Shown: piece after piece, positions 45,636-53,818 of the stretch
How the letters are laid out: each line of letters begins with the position of its first letter
How positions within the stretch are numbered: position 1 is the first letter of the stretch
Program-made: the position numbers and the translations under genes
The notes under the pieces: model-generated
Told to the model about the DNA's origin: nothing
Database searches by the model: none
The model's input: only the letters and a program-made list of their open reading frames with translations
Source: Minisyncoccota bacterium
GTDB lineage: Bacteria > Patescibacteriota > Minisyncoccia > Phycocordibacterales > JABMNX01
Assembly (NCBI GenBank): GCA_026195275.1
Contig: JAPHQU010000004.1
Span: forward strand, 3,119 to 67,118
Length of the DNA: 64,000 nt
Direction: 5' to 3'

Positions 45636-46328
45636 TTATTCCAGAGTAATTCCTTCCAACTCGCTCATTATGGACCTGGACTTGAGCAATGCGCGCATTT
45701 GTTTTTCATAGCCCTCCTCGCCCCCGAGGAGATCAAGAAAGAACTTTCGATCTGTGATAGAGGGAAAATTCTTTTTTCCTAAGTAGTCGGAATGACTCGA
45801 CCAACGATATGATTGTAGATACTCCTCTGCTTCTCTACAGTTTGAAAGACTTCCTTTACGCCACTTTGGCATATTTAGATCAAGTGGGTTGAAGTGTATG
45901 TAAAAAGGAAGATAGAGAAAGTGTGCATCAGTGGCAATTTCGACCTTTTTATATTTTCCTTGCCACAGTGCGCCGTTACGTTCGTATTTTTCATTAAATG
46001 CTTTGGTGTATCCGCCACCGAGTTTTTTCATGAATAGCGACAAATTTTCCATATCATCATCAATAGGGGAGACAAGAAGATGGTAGTGATTCGGCATTAA
46101 ACAGAAACAATGAATCTGCACCACTGGCTCGCGTCTTTTTTTCCAAGAATCTTGACGTCGGACGTCAAGATTCTCTGATGATGCAAGGTGGTGTTTGGTC
46201 AGTCCGTTCGAACTTTGCTTATTGTTGAATTCATATAAATCGTGCAAGAACCGCACGCGATCCTTGTCGTTAAGGAAAACCTTTCGTTTATCAACGCCGC
46301 GGTTATATACATGAAAGAAACGCGTCAT
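45636..46328 (-). CDS. REP-associated tyrosine transposase (RAYT; IS200/IS605 TnpA-like Y1 HuH)
   Basis: Motif I FHVYNRG, HuH motif MPNHYHLLV, and catalytic region GALWQGKYKKV...YIHFNP...SYRWSS. Confidence 0.8.
   Translation of the reverse strand: MTRFFHVYNRGVDKRKVFLNDKDRVRFLHDLYEFNNKQSSNGLTKHHLASSENLDVRRQDSWKKRREPVVQIHCFCLMPNHYHLLVSPIDDDMENLSLFMKKLGGGYTKAFNEKYERNGALWQGKYKKVEIATDAHFLYLPFYIHFNPLDLNMPKWRKGSLSNCREAEEYLQSYRWSSHSDYLGKKNFPSITDRKFFLDLLGGEEGYEKQMRALLKSRSIMSELEGITLE
46147..46173. repeat. REP-like palindrome copy 3, located in frame inside the RAYT coding sequence
   Basis: GAATCTTGACGTCGGACGTCAAGATTC, translated in the RAYT frame as ENLDVRRQDSW between motif I and the HuH motif. Confidence 0.75.
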
Positions 46329-46447
46329 ATAAATAACTCTAGCATGATATACACAGCATAATTGAGCTATCTATTAACACAGATGCTTGATGTGATGGGT
46401 ATAATGCCTAATACGAAATAAAACGAAATAAAATCTTGACGTCCGAC

Positions 46448-46476
46448 GTCAAGATTTTTTGTGAGTTATGAACATC
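46448..46476. repeat. REP-like palindrome copy 4 (central C), upstream of RAYT
   Basis: AAAATCTTGACGTCCGACGTCAAGATTTT. Confidence 0.8.
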
Positions 46477-46518
46477 TGGCGTGTGAATGATGAATAGAGA
46501 GAGGAAAATTTTGGTAGT

Positions 46519-47145
46519 ATGAAAAATATGAAAGAATTTCTCCTTCGGGCATGGGGAGTGGGGCGGTGGGCGTTGCTCATCATTTTTGTCCTCTACATCG
46601 CACTGGTCATCTATCGCGTTCCGTTTGTCGCAGAAGATGAGCAGACACAGGAAGCAATCGCGTTCATCAACGCGCAAAAACTCAACCTGGCAGACGTAAC
46701 GGGGGAGCGGCTCCCACCTTCGCCTGACGTAGCGCTCAACAACGCGACTGTTGAAGGGGTTGATGCGAATGAGAACGGTATCCGTGACGATGTTGAGCTT
46801 GCTATTTTTGAGCGATATCCTGGTGATCAGAATATCGAGATCCGCGCGGCGATGCTTCAGTACGCGCTTGGATTGCAGCTTGAATTAACCCAGGTTTTTA
46901 ATTCAGAGACGTGGGTTGCTGTTACACAAAGCGAAGAAAGAGCGTCAGGTTGTCTCCTGAGTGTCTATTCGGTTGATGTGAACGAATACACTGGTTTAGA
47001 GGATTATTTTTCAGCTCGGTCTGAGGTAAGGGGATTAATCTTTAACACCGAACAGCGAAATGAGGTTGAAAATTCTATAGAGAGGTATCAAACAACATTT
47101 GGTTTACTCCAGGGAGAGAACTGTGACCTTATTTTTGATAATTAA
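46519..47145 (+). CDS. Hypothetical membrane-anchored protein
   Basis: 208 aa with an N-terminal TM helix; no motif recognised. Confidence 0.45.
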   Translation: MKNMKEFLLRAWGVGRWALLIIFVLYIALVIYRVPFVAEDEQTQEAIAFINAQKLNLADVTGERLPPSPDVALNNATVEGVDANENGIRDDVELAIFERYPGDQNIEIRAAMLQYALGLQLELTQVFNSETWVAVTQSEERASGCLLSVYSVDVNEYTGLEDYFSARSEVRGLIFNTEQRNEVENSIERYQTTFGLLQGENCDLIFDN

Positions 47146-47154
47146 TGAAGGTAA

Positions 47155-50100
47155 ATGCGTAACCTTTGGATAGTTTTTATACTTCTTCTCTTACTCAATC
47201 CTGGCGTATCGCTTGCAAATTGTAGTGAGGACGGGTCCACGGTTGTTTATGTTAATGGGATTTTTACAGGATTGGGAAAAGCAAAAGATGACCTCGGTCT
47301 TTTTGGTAATCTGTATAGTATAAGAAATCCCAAAGATAAGGTTTCTTTCATAAACGGCTACAACCCATCTCATTTAGCCGGTCTTGGGGATGCGGTACAG
47401 GTTGTCTCGCAAGCGATGGGGTCGTCGGTTAATAGTTATGACCTCAAGACGATCTTGATGCAGATTCACTCTGAGGTGAAAACGCGAAAGATACTTCTGG
47501 TTGGGCACTCGCAAGGTGCCTTTTATACAAATGAACTTTACGGTTATCTCACTGAGCACGGCGTTCCAGAAGAATCAATAGCTGTTTATAACCTCGCCTC
47601 GCCAGCGGGGTTTGTTGCAGGGGAAGGGTCTTATCTCACTTCAGCAAATGATGGTTTAGTAAATAACGTGCGCGAGTGGACAGCTGCTGTGGGTATACAA
47701 AATCCACTTCCGGCAAATATCCTCATCCCACTTGCGCGTCCGGAGCTCGATGAGCTCTTACGCGGACATTCGTTCAGTGAGGAGTATCTGGCAGGCGCGG
47801 CGAAGACCATCATCGCCGACATTACTGAGTCACTCAACTCCCTTGGTTTAGAGGATGAAACTGTCGAAAGTGAAGGGTGTTTTGACGCGCCTGCAGAGGA
47901 TTTCTCATATCAGATGCAACACACAGTTTTTGCCATGGTAGACCCTGCCGCACAGATAACACAAGAGGTTGCGGCCGCGGCGGGAAGGGCACTTGCGGCA
48001 GTTGGTGTTGCTATCACTCAGATCATTGGTGGAACGGGCATTAGCGCGGGGGACGACGCTTCACAACAAGATAGCCTGGGCACAGACAATGATTCATCAA
48101 AAACAATTTTTGAGCTCGTTCTCCCGCCTGTGCCTAATGAGGTCTTAATAAAACTTGCTGCGGCAAGTACCGATGATACCGGCGAAGACACAACACAGCA
48201 AAATTCTGATGACGACGCTCTCTATGATTCTGATACTTTGTCTGTTTCTGAGGGTGAGTCAGGTAGCTCGGATACATCGAGGACACAGGGTGAAGAGAGT
48301 GTAGAAGCTCCGTCCGAACCACGAATTGACTACGGTGGTGGCACACCGAAGATAGACTACAGTAGCAACACAGGCGATGAGCAAAATGTTGTCGGAAGCG
48401 AAGACGAGGTCGGTGATGATGAGGGCGATGAAGACAGTGAGGGTGATGCGGCAGACGAAGGAGAAGATGATGGTTCGAATGATGATTCTTCAGAAGGAGA
48501 TGATGGTGGTGATTCTTCCGAGGGCGATGAGGAGGAAGAAGAGGGTTCTGACGAGGGTTCCGAGGATAACGATTCAGAATCTGACGATGAAAGTGACAAT
48601 GAAGACAACGGCAATAATGAAGATGAAGAAGAGGGTGATGACGAGAACACTGAAGAAGACGACAACGAAGAGAATCAAGAAGGATTTACTGTTGCGTATT
48701 CAGAGGACACGACACAATCTGCAACGAGTACGATTACGTTCTCAGGTACTGGCGCTCCGGGTGATACCATCGCACAAGATTTTTCTGATGAGGTAACGAC
48801 GGTGGATGAGAATGGATTGTGGGAACTCACCGTGACTGATCTTCCGGACGGGGAGACCACTATTATCTTTAGCGAATTAAATGACAATGAAGAGGTGGTT
48901 GATACGGTGAGTATATCAGTGAGTGTTGAGACACCGCTGAAGGGGCTCAGTGTTGCGGAATGTGCGCACTCGCTGCGCACAGACGCATGTCTTCTGGGAG
49001 GGGCGGGGAGCGTGTCGTTTTCGTGGGATTTTGATGAGGGAGAGTTGTACCGCGTGACGCTTAACGGAGCGAGTGTTGAGGAGACAAGCGCGACATCGTC
49101 TTCAGTTACACTTGGGGTTGGTGAACATACGGTTGAGGTTTCCGCGCTTGATGTGGAAGGAAGTATTGCAACCTCGAGCACGCAGGACATTGAGGTGTTT
49201 GAAATGCCAATTGTAATTAATGAGATAGCGTGGGCGGGAACTCAAGCGAGTGCCGCCGATGAGTGGATTGAGCTCTACAACCGCACCAACTACACACTCG
49301 ACCTCTCGCATGTGGTACTTTATGCAGAAGACCTAGTGCCGTACTTGGAACTTGCGGGACCAGTTGCATCAAAGAGCTACTATCTCATTGAGCGTGGCGA
49401 CTCGAATACAACGAGTGCCGCTGAGGATATTGTGCTGGCATTTAGTGGACAGGGAAGCGGTAGTGGGCTCTCAAACAGCGGCGAGGTGCTCTATCTCGCG
49501 CAGGCTTTTGGCAGTATTGCAACAACGACACTTGACCGGACGCCCGACCTTGCTTCGTGCGGCGGTGGGTGGTGTGGCGGCGATGCGAGCAGCAAGACGT
49601 CGATGGAGCGCAAGGATGTCGATGTTGCGGGAGACGATCCGTCGAACTGGAATTCAAATAATACGTATACGGTGAATGATACCGATGAAGCCGGTGGAGT
49701 GATGTACTGCACACCAAAGTCACAGAATAGTATCTCCATTCTCACAGTTGGTTACTATTGTCCGAATGAGACTGAGAGTTATGTTGCTGGGCAAGCGTAT
49801 ACGCCGGTGAGTGGCACGTGCACATATCTCTCGGAGAATCTTTCGGGGAACCGGTATGGCGATTTGTACCGCGGAGTGGTTGGGAGCGCGACAATCGTGA
49901 ACGGACACTCGCTTGGAACAAACCCTTCGAGTACCCAGAATAATGACAGTGTTGCTGACCCGGTCGACGGCGAGAATATGTTTGCGGCAATGTATGAGAT
50001 TCATGATAATAGCGACGTCGCGAACTTCAGGAGTTTCTTCCAGATGGGTTCTAATCCGCCGCCGCATCTCTGGTATGGAATTGTTCCGTGGGTATATTTG

Positions 50101-50271
50101 GTACCAGCAGAGGAATCGTCGGGTGGTGAATCAAATGATGACGACACGGACTCTGATGATGAATCTGATCCAGAATCATCAGGTGGAGATTCTTCTACGC
50201 CACCGGGAGGACCAGGAGGACCGCCGAGTGGCCCACCTGGCGGGCCGGGAGGACCTGGTGGCCCTTTCTAG
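47155..50271 (+). CDS. Giant secreted protein: N-terminal alpha/beta-hydrolase (lipase-like, GHSQG) + acidic low-complexity region + lamin-tail domain (LTD) + Pro/Gly-rich C-terminus
   Basis: Signal peptide; LLVGHSQGAF nucleophile elbow; D/E/S/G-rich linker; IVINEIAWAGTQASAADEWIELYNRTNYTLDLSHVVL is a canonical LTD signature; C-terminal PPGGPGGPPSGPPGGPGGPGGPF. Confidence 0.7.
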   Translation: MRNLWIVFILLLLLNPGVSLANCSEDGSTVVYVNGIFTGLGKAKDDLGLFGNLYSIRNPKDKVSFINGYNPSHLAGLGDAVQVVSQAMGSSVNSYDLKTILMQIHSEVKTRKILLVGHSQGAFYTNELYGYLTEHGVPEESIAVYNLASPAGFVAGEGSYLTSANDGLVNNVREWTAAVGIQNPLPANILIPLARPELDELLRGHSFSEEYLAGAAKTIIADITESLNSLGLEDETVESEGCFDAPAEDFSYQMQHTVFAMVDPAAQITQEVAAAAGRALAAVGVAITQIIGGTGISAGDDASQQDSLGTDNDSSKTIFELVLPPVPNEVLIKLAAASTDDTGEDTTQQNSDDDALYDSDTLSVSEGESGSSDTSRTQGEESVEAPSEPRIDYGGGTPKIDYSSNTGDEQNVVGSEDEVGDDEGDEDSEGDAADEGEDDGSNDDSSEGDDGGDSSEGDEEEEEGSDEGSEDNDSESDDESDNEDNGNNEDEEEGDDENTEEDDNEENQEGFTVAYSEDTTQSATSTITFSGTGAPGDTIAQDFSDEVTTVDENGLWELTVTDLPDGETTIIFSELNDNEEVVDTVSISVSVETPLKGLSVAECAHSLRTDACLLGGAGSVSFSWDFDEGELYRVTLNGASVEETSATSSSVTLGVGEHTVEVSALDVEGSIATSSTQDIEVFEMPIVINEIAWAGTQASAADEWIELYNRTNYTLDLSHVVLYAEDLVPYLELAGPVASKSYYLIERGDSNTTSAAEDIVLAFSGQGSGSGLSNSGEVLYLAQAFGSIATTTLDRTPDLASCGGGWCGGDASSKTSMERKDVDVAGDDPSNWNSNNTYTVNDTDEAGGVMYCTPKSQNSISILTVGYYCPNETESYVAGQAYTPVSGTCTYLSENLSGNRYGDLYRGVVGSATIVNGHSLGTNPSSTQNNDSVADPVDGENMFAAMYEIHDNSDVANFRSFFQMGSNPPPHLWYGIVPWVYLVPAEESSGGESNDDDTDSDDESDPESSGGDSSTPPGGPGGPPSGPPGGPGGPGGPF

Positions 50272-50605
50272 ATGTGCAAACTGTCGTACAAAGACCTCCC
50301 TTGTAAGTACAAGAGCGGTCTTTGTACTGGGTCTTGTATACGCGGAATTATATCCACGAGCTGGTGTTGTGTGACGAAGTGCTTTTGGTAGTATAGAGGG
50401 TGGAGATGCGTCCGCGAGGGAGGCATCACACTCCGAAAGGAAGAGGAGGTTTTCGCTATGAAGGCCATGCAGAATTTCTCGCCGCACGTGTCTGCGCGCG
50501 CCGCAGTCACTCACACCGAGAAGGGCGTCTAACATCTGACGCTGAAAGCATCCTCCAACCGCTCACGCACCCGGGAGGACTCCTGGGTGCGGGGCACCCC
50601 TTACA

Positions 50606-50629
50606 CCGAGCAATCATGCTCGGTTTTTT
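50606..50629 (+). terminator. Rho-independent terminator upstream of the rplJ promoter
   Basis: CCGAGCAATCATGCTCGG followed by TTTTTTC. Confidence 0.6.
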
Positions 50630-50654
50630 CTTTGCGCGCCCGCAGGCGCGCGGG

Positions 50655-50683
50655 TTGACTCTCAGAACCGGCTCGGGTACTAT
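50655..50683 (+). promoter_or_regulatory. Sigma-70-like promoter for rplJ-rplL (TTGACT-N17-TACTAT)
   Basis: Near-consensus -35 and -10 hexamers with 17-nt spacing, implying a ~330-nt 5' leader before rplJ. Confidence 0.55.
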
Positions 50684-50689
50684 GCTATG

Positions 50690-50835
50690 CACTGGACTGA
50701 AGACAGCAGGTGCCGGGAGAAAACGGCTCAATATCCTGCCGAGGCAAGGTGCCCCAACTTGGGGTGCTCCCTTCAGACCATTTTGGTCGATAGAGAACCT
50801 GTTCGCGAGCGATAGCGAGCGTTACTGGTTCTTAA
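50690..50835 (+). promoter_or_regulatory. Candidate L10(L12)4 autoregulatory leader region (structured; CTGAAG...CTTCAG enclosing stems)
   Basis: Position between the promoter and rplJ. Long nested helices: CUGAAGACAGCAGGUGCC...GGUGCUCCCUUCAG. Identification is by context only. Confidence 0.35.
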
Positions 50836-50837
50836 CC

Positions 50838-50895
50838 CTATGAAATGTGTCGCACAGCGACACGCTTCCGCACCAAGGCGGAAGATTTCATCAGG
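50838..50895 (+). ncRNA. Leader module copy (degenerate): UGAAAU-[GUGUCGCacaGCGACAC]-[CUUCCGCaccaaGGCGGAAG]-AUUUCA
   Basis: Same architecture as the module at 50916..50975, arranged in tandem. Confidence 0.45.
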
Positions 50896-50915
50896 GTAGT
50901 GAATTTAAATCCAAA

Positions 50916-50975
50916 CCCCAGTGAAATCCTGCGCCGTAGGGCGCGGGTGCGTCGCCAAGGCGTCGCATTTCACGG
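50916..50975 (+). ncRNA. Conserved structured leader module in the rplJ 5' UTR (paralog of the ftsK leader module)
   Basis: CCCCAGUGAAAUCC-[GCGCCguaGGGCGC]-[GGGUGCGUCGCCAAGGCGUCGCAUUU]CACGGGGUCUAAGAU. 22-nt and 15-nt flanks are identical to the ftsK copy. This is followed by a hairpin (ATTCGTTACactcGTAACGAAAT) and then AAUCUAAGA-AUG. Confidence 0.55.
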
Positions 50976-51020
50976 GGTCTAAGATTTCGTAATTCGTTAC
51001 ACTCGTAACGAAATCTAAGA

Positions 51021-51512
51021 ATGGCAAAAACAAAACAACAGAAAACAGAAACACTTGAGCAGCTCACTGACGCGGCAAAGAACGCCGGTTCAGTAGTATT
51101 CGTGAACTTTCACGGACTTGGTGTCTCAGAAACCAACGAGATGCGTAGCGCACTCAAAGACGAGGGTGTGACGTATCTTGTGGCAAAGAAGACACTCACG
51201 AAGCGTGCAATCGCGGATGCTGGGGTTGAGGGTGAGGTGCCGGAGCTTGAGGGCGAGCTCGCACTTGCGTGGGGTGACGATCAGATCGCACCGGCGCGTG
51301 GTGTGCAAGAATTTGCCAAGAAGCATAAGGACAGCCTCTCGATCCTCGGTGGTATCTTTGAACACCGACTTGTAGGGAAAGAGGAGATGATCACTATCGC
51401 TTCAATCCCGTCCCTTCAGACGCTTTACGGACAGTTTGCAAATGTCATCAATTCCCCAATCCAGGGATTTGTATTTGCGCTTAACGCGATCGCGGAGAAG
51501 AAGGAAGCATAA
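51021..51512 (+). CDS. rplJ: Ribosomal protein L10
   Basis: 163 aa; L10 pattern and position upstream of rplL. Confidence 0.85.
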   Translation: MAKTKQQKTETLEQLTDAAKNAGSVVFVNFHGLGVSETNEMRSALKDEGVTYLVAKKTLTKRAIADAGVEGEVPELEGELALAWGDDQIAPARGVQEFAKKHKDSLSILGGIFEHRLVGKEEMITIASIPSLQTLYGQFANVINSPIQGFVFALNAIAEKKEA

Positions 51513-51545
51513 CCCATTATTCATCATTCGTAATTCATAGAAATC

Positions 51546-52061
51546 ATGTCAGACGAAGAAAAGAAGGTAGACGAGCAGGAAGCGGAAGCACCTGCTGAGG
51601 AGCAGAAAGAAGAAGCTCCTGCTACGGAAGAAAAAAAGGAGGAGGTATCTGTTGAGGCTCCTGCAGAAGACGCAGGGGAGGAGGTAGAAGTTCCTGAGAA
51701 ATTCAAGAAGCTTATCGAAGAGGTTGAGAACATGACCGTTCTTGAGCTTCACGAGCTCGTAAAGACACTTGAAAAGAAGTTTGGTGTTTCAGCGGCAGCA
51801 GTCGCGGTAGCCGGACCGGCAGCAGGTGGCGAAGGAGCTGGTGAGGAGCAGAGCGAGTTTACTGTTGAGCTTTCGGCAATTGGAGACCAGAAGATTGCGG
51901 TCATTAAGGCAGTTAAAGAAATTCTCGGACTCGGACTCAAGGAGGCAAAAGATCTCGTTGAGAGCGCCCCAGCCGTACTTAAGGAGGGTGTAAAGAAGGA
52001 AGAGGCAGAGGAGATTAAAACAAAGGTGGAAGAAGCTGGTGGAAAGGTAGAATTGAAGTAA
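51546..52061 (+). CDS. rplL: Ribosomal protein L7/L12 with a ~50-aa acidic N-terminal extension
   Basis: C-terminal domain [68 protein letters not shown]. The N-terminus is E/K/A-rich. Confidence 0.9.
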   Translation: MSDEEKKVDEQEAEAPAEEQKEEAPATEEKKEEVSVEAPAEDAGEEVEVPEKFKKLIEEVENMTVLELHELVKTLEKKFGVSAAAVAVAGPAAGGEGAGEEQSEFTVELSAIGDQKIAVIKAVKEILGLGLKEAKDLVESAPAVLKEGVKKEEAEEIKTKVEEAGGKVELK

Positions 52062-52128
52062 GTTTCAATTTTCCACAACGTAGTCTGACTACGTTGAGCC
52101 TTTGATTGGTGGCTTATCTAAGCCAAAA

Positions 52129-52162
52129 TAAACGCCCCGCGTATGTGGGGCGTTTATTTTTG
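52129..52162 (+). terminator. Rho-independent terminator after rplL
   Basis: AAACGCCCCGCGTATGTGGGGCGTTTATTTTTGG. Confidence 0.75.
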
Positions 52163-52203
52163 GTGGTTGCGTTCCGCTTCGGGAAGCGTACAATGGTTCG
52201 CAT

Positions 52204-52848
52204 ATGGACGTACTTGATAAATTATTTGGCAGCACCGCGCGAGTTCGGATCCTGCGACTCTTTCTCTTTAATGAGGGGGATAGTTTTGAGAATGCTGATA
52301 TTACAAAACGTACTCGGGTAGCGGCGGCGACAGCGCGTAAGGAGGTGGCGATGATGGAGAAGATTGATTTGATCAAGCGCTGTACATTTTCGACTGAGGT
52401 TATACGGGGAAGTGGAAAGAACAAGAAGACCACCAAGAAGAAGGTTCATGGATGGACGCTTAACCCGAAGTTTGAATATCTCTCAGCGTTGCGTAATTTT
52501 CTTCTTATCGTTGCGCCGATAAAGGAGAACGAGTTGATACAAAAGCTCTCAACGGCCGGTAGGTGTAAGCTGGTTGTTGTTGCCGGGGCCTTTATCCAGA
52601 ATCCTGATGGAGAGATTGATCTATTAGTTGTTGGTGATCGTCTTGACGAGACAAAGCTTGAGCGCGCGGTTCGTGATATCGAGACCAAGATGAGTCGTGA
52701 GCTTAGGTACACAGCCTTTGCGACTGACGATTTTATGTATCGCACGAATATCTACGATAAGACCATTCGGGATATATTTGACTATCCGCACCAGACCGTC
52801 CTAAACAGGCTTGGAGGGCGGTACGAGGGTGACTGGTTCTCTTTCTGA
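52204..52848 (+). CDS. Hypothetical protein with a possible minimal nucleotidyltransferase core
   Basis: 214 aa; VVVAGAFIQNPDGEIDLLVVGD resembles the G[SA]...D.[DE] NTase signature. Weak. Confidence 0.4.
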   Translation: MDVLDKLFGSTARVRILRLFLFNEGDSFENADITKRTRVAAATARKEVAMMEKIDLIKRCTFSTEVIRGSGKNKKTTKKKVHGWTLNPKFEYLSALRNFLLIVAPIKENELIQKLSTAGRCKLVVVAGAFIQNPDGEIDLLVVGDRLDETKLERAVRDIETKMSRELRYTAFATDDFMYRTNIYDKTIRDIFDYPHQTVLNRLGGRYEGDWFSF

Positions 52849-53061
52849 TCTTAATTACATGGCTCTGTTGTGGGTGGGGACGTCTTTTCCACAGGAGGGT
52901 AGAAATACCCGCTAAAACAAATGATATTATATAGATGCACACACCCTGTGTGCATAACGGTCGATTGTCCCGAAATGGGATGATTCATTGATAGAATATC
53001 CGTACTTTTCTAAGGTTCGGATTAGCCTAGGCATCTGTGTCGAGATATTTAGAATATCGAC

Positions 53062-53760
53062 ATGGATATATACCATATGTTATTACAAACATGGACTGAG
53101 GTACTCCAGCAGTCATTCCAGGATCTCTGGCTTGGCGTTGTTGCTTTCGTACCGAGTCTTGTTGTCGCATTGATCATCTTTGTTATTGGATGGATCGTCG
53201 GCGCAGTACTTGGACGAGTTGTTGCACAGATCGTTGGATCCCTTAAAGTAGATAACGCGCTTCGCAGTGCAGGATTTGAAGAGGTCTTCAACCGCGCTGG
53301 CTTTACCATGAACTCTGGAGGTTTCCTCGGAGGATTGGTCAAGTGGTTCGTTATCATTGTCTTCTTGGTGGCAGCACTCGACGTGCTCGGACTTAGCCAG
53401 GTGAATGTGTTCTTGCAGGAGGTTGTTCTCCTCTACCTTCCACAAGTGATTGTGGCGGTACTCATTCTCTTGGTTGCTGCAGTTATTGCAGAACTCGCAC
53501 GTAATGTTGTTGCTGGAGCTGCGAAGGCCGCAAACATGATCTCAGCAAACCTTCTTGGAAGTGTTGCGAAGTGGTCTATTTGGGTCTTTGCTGTCCTTGC
53601 CGCGCTCAACCAGCTCGGCGTGGCAACTGCTTTCGTACAGACACTCTTTACTGGAGTGATTGTTGCACTCTCACTTGGATTCGGACTTGCGTTCGGTCTT
53701 GGTGGACAGCAGGCAGCTGCGTCATACCTCGAGCGACTTCGCGGAGAGGTTCGCGAGTAA
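53062..53760 (+). CDS. Membrane protein with repeated 'conserved TM helix' motifs (MscS-N-terminal-like)
   Basis: 232 aa with several amphipathic/TM helices carrying repeated AxxLxxLG patterns. Confidence 0.5.
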   Translation: MDIYHMLLQTWTEVLQQSFQDLWLGVVAFVPSLVVALIIFVIGWIVGAVLGRVVAQIVGSLKVDNALRSAGFEEVFNRAGFTMNSGGFLGGLVKWFVIIVFLVAALDVLGLSQVNVFLQEVVLLYLPQVIVAVLILLVAAVIAELARNVVAGAAKAANMISANLLGSVAKWSIWVFAVLAALNQLGVATAFVQTLFTGVIVALSLGFGLAFGLGGQQAAASYLERLRGEVRE

Positions 53761-53786
53761 TTCGCGCGCATCACGATGATTTTTTG

Positions 53787-53818
53787 AAACACCCCGTGCC
53801 TTCGGCACGGGGTGTTTT
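53787..53818 (+). terminator. Rho-independent terminator
   Basis: AAACACCCCGTGCCTTCGGCACGGGGTGTTTT. Confidence 0.8.

Noticed and set aside
50280-50880. Possibility that the 750-nt non-coding region upstream of rplJ encodes RNase P RNA, SRP RNA, tmRNA or 6S RNA
   Set aside because: I looked for the P4/CR-I/CR-V RNase P motifs (GGAAAGUCCGGGC, ACAGAANCCGGCUUA) and found only a weak partial similarity (UCAGAACCGGCUCGG). That segment is better explained as the spacer of a near-consensus sigma-70 promoter. No SRP domain IV or tmRNA tRNA-like end was found. The region is better explained as terminator + promoter + long rplJ leader.
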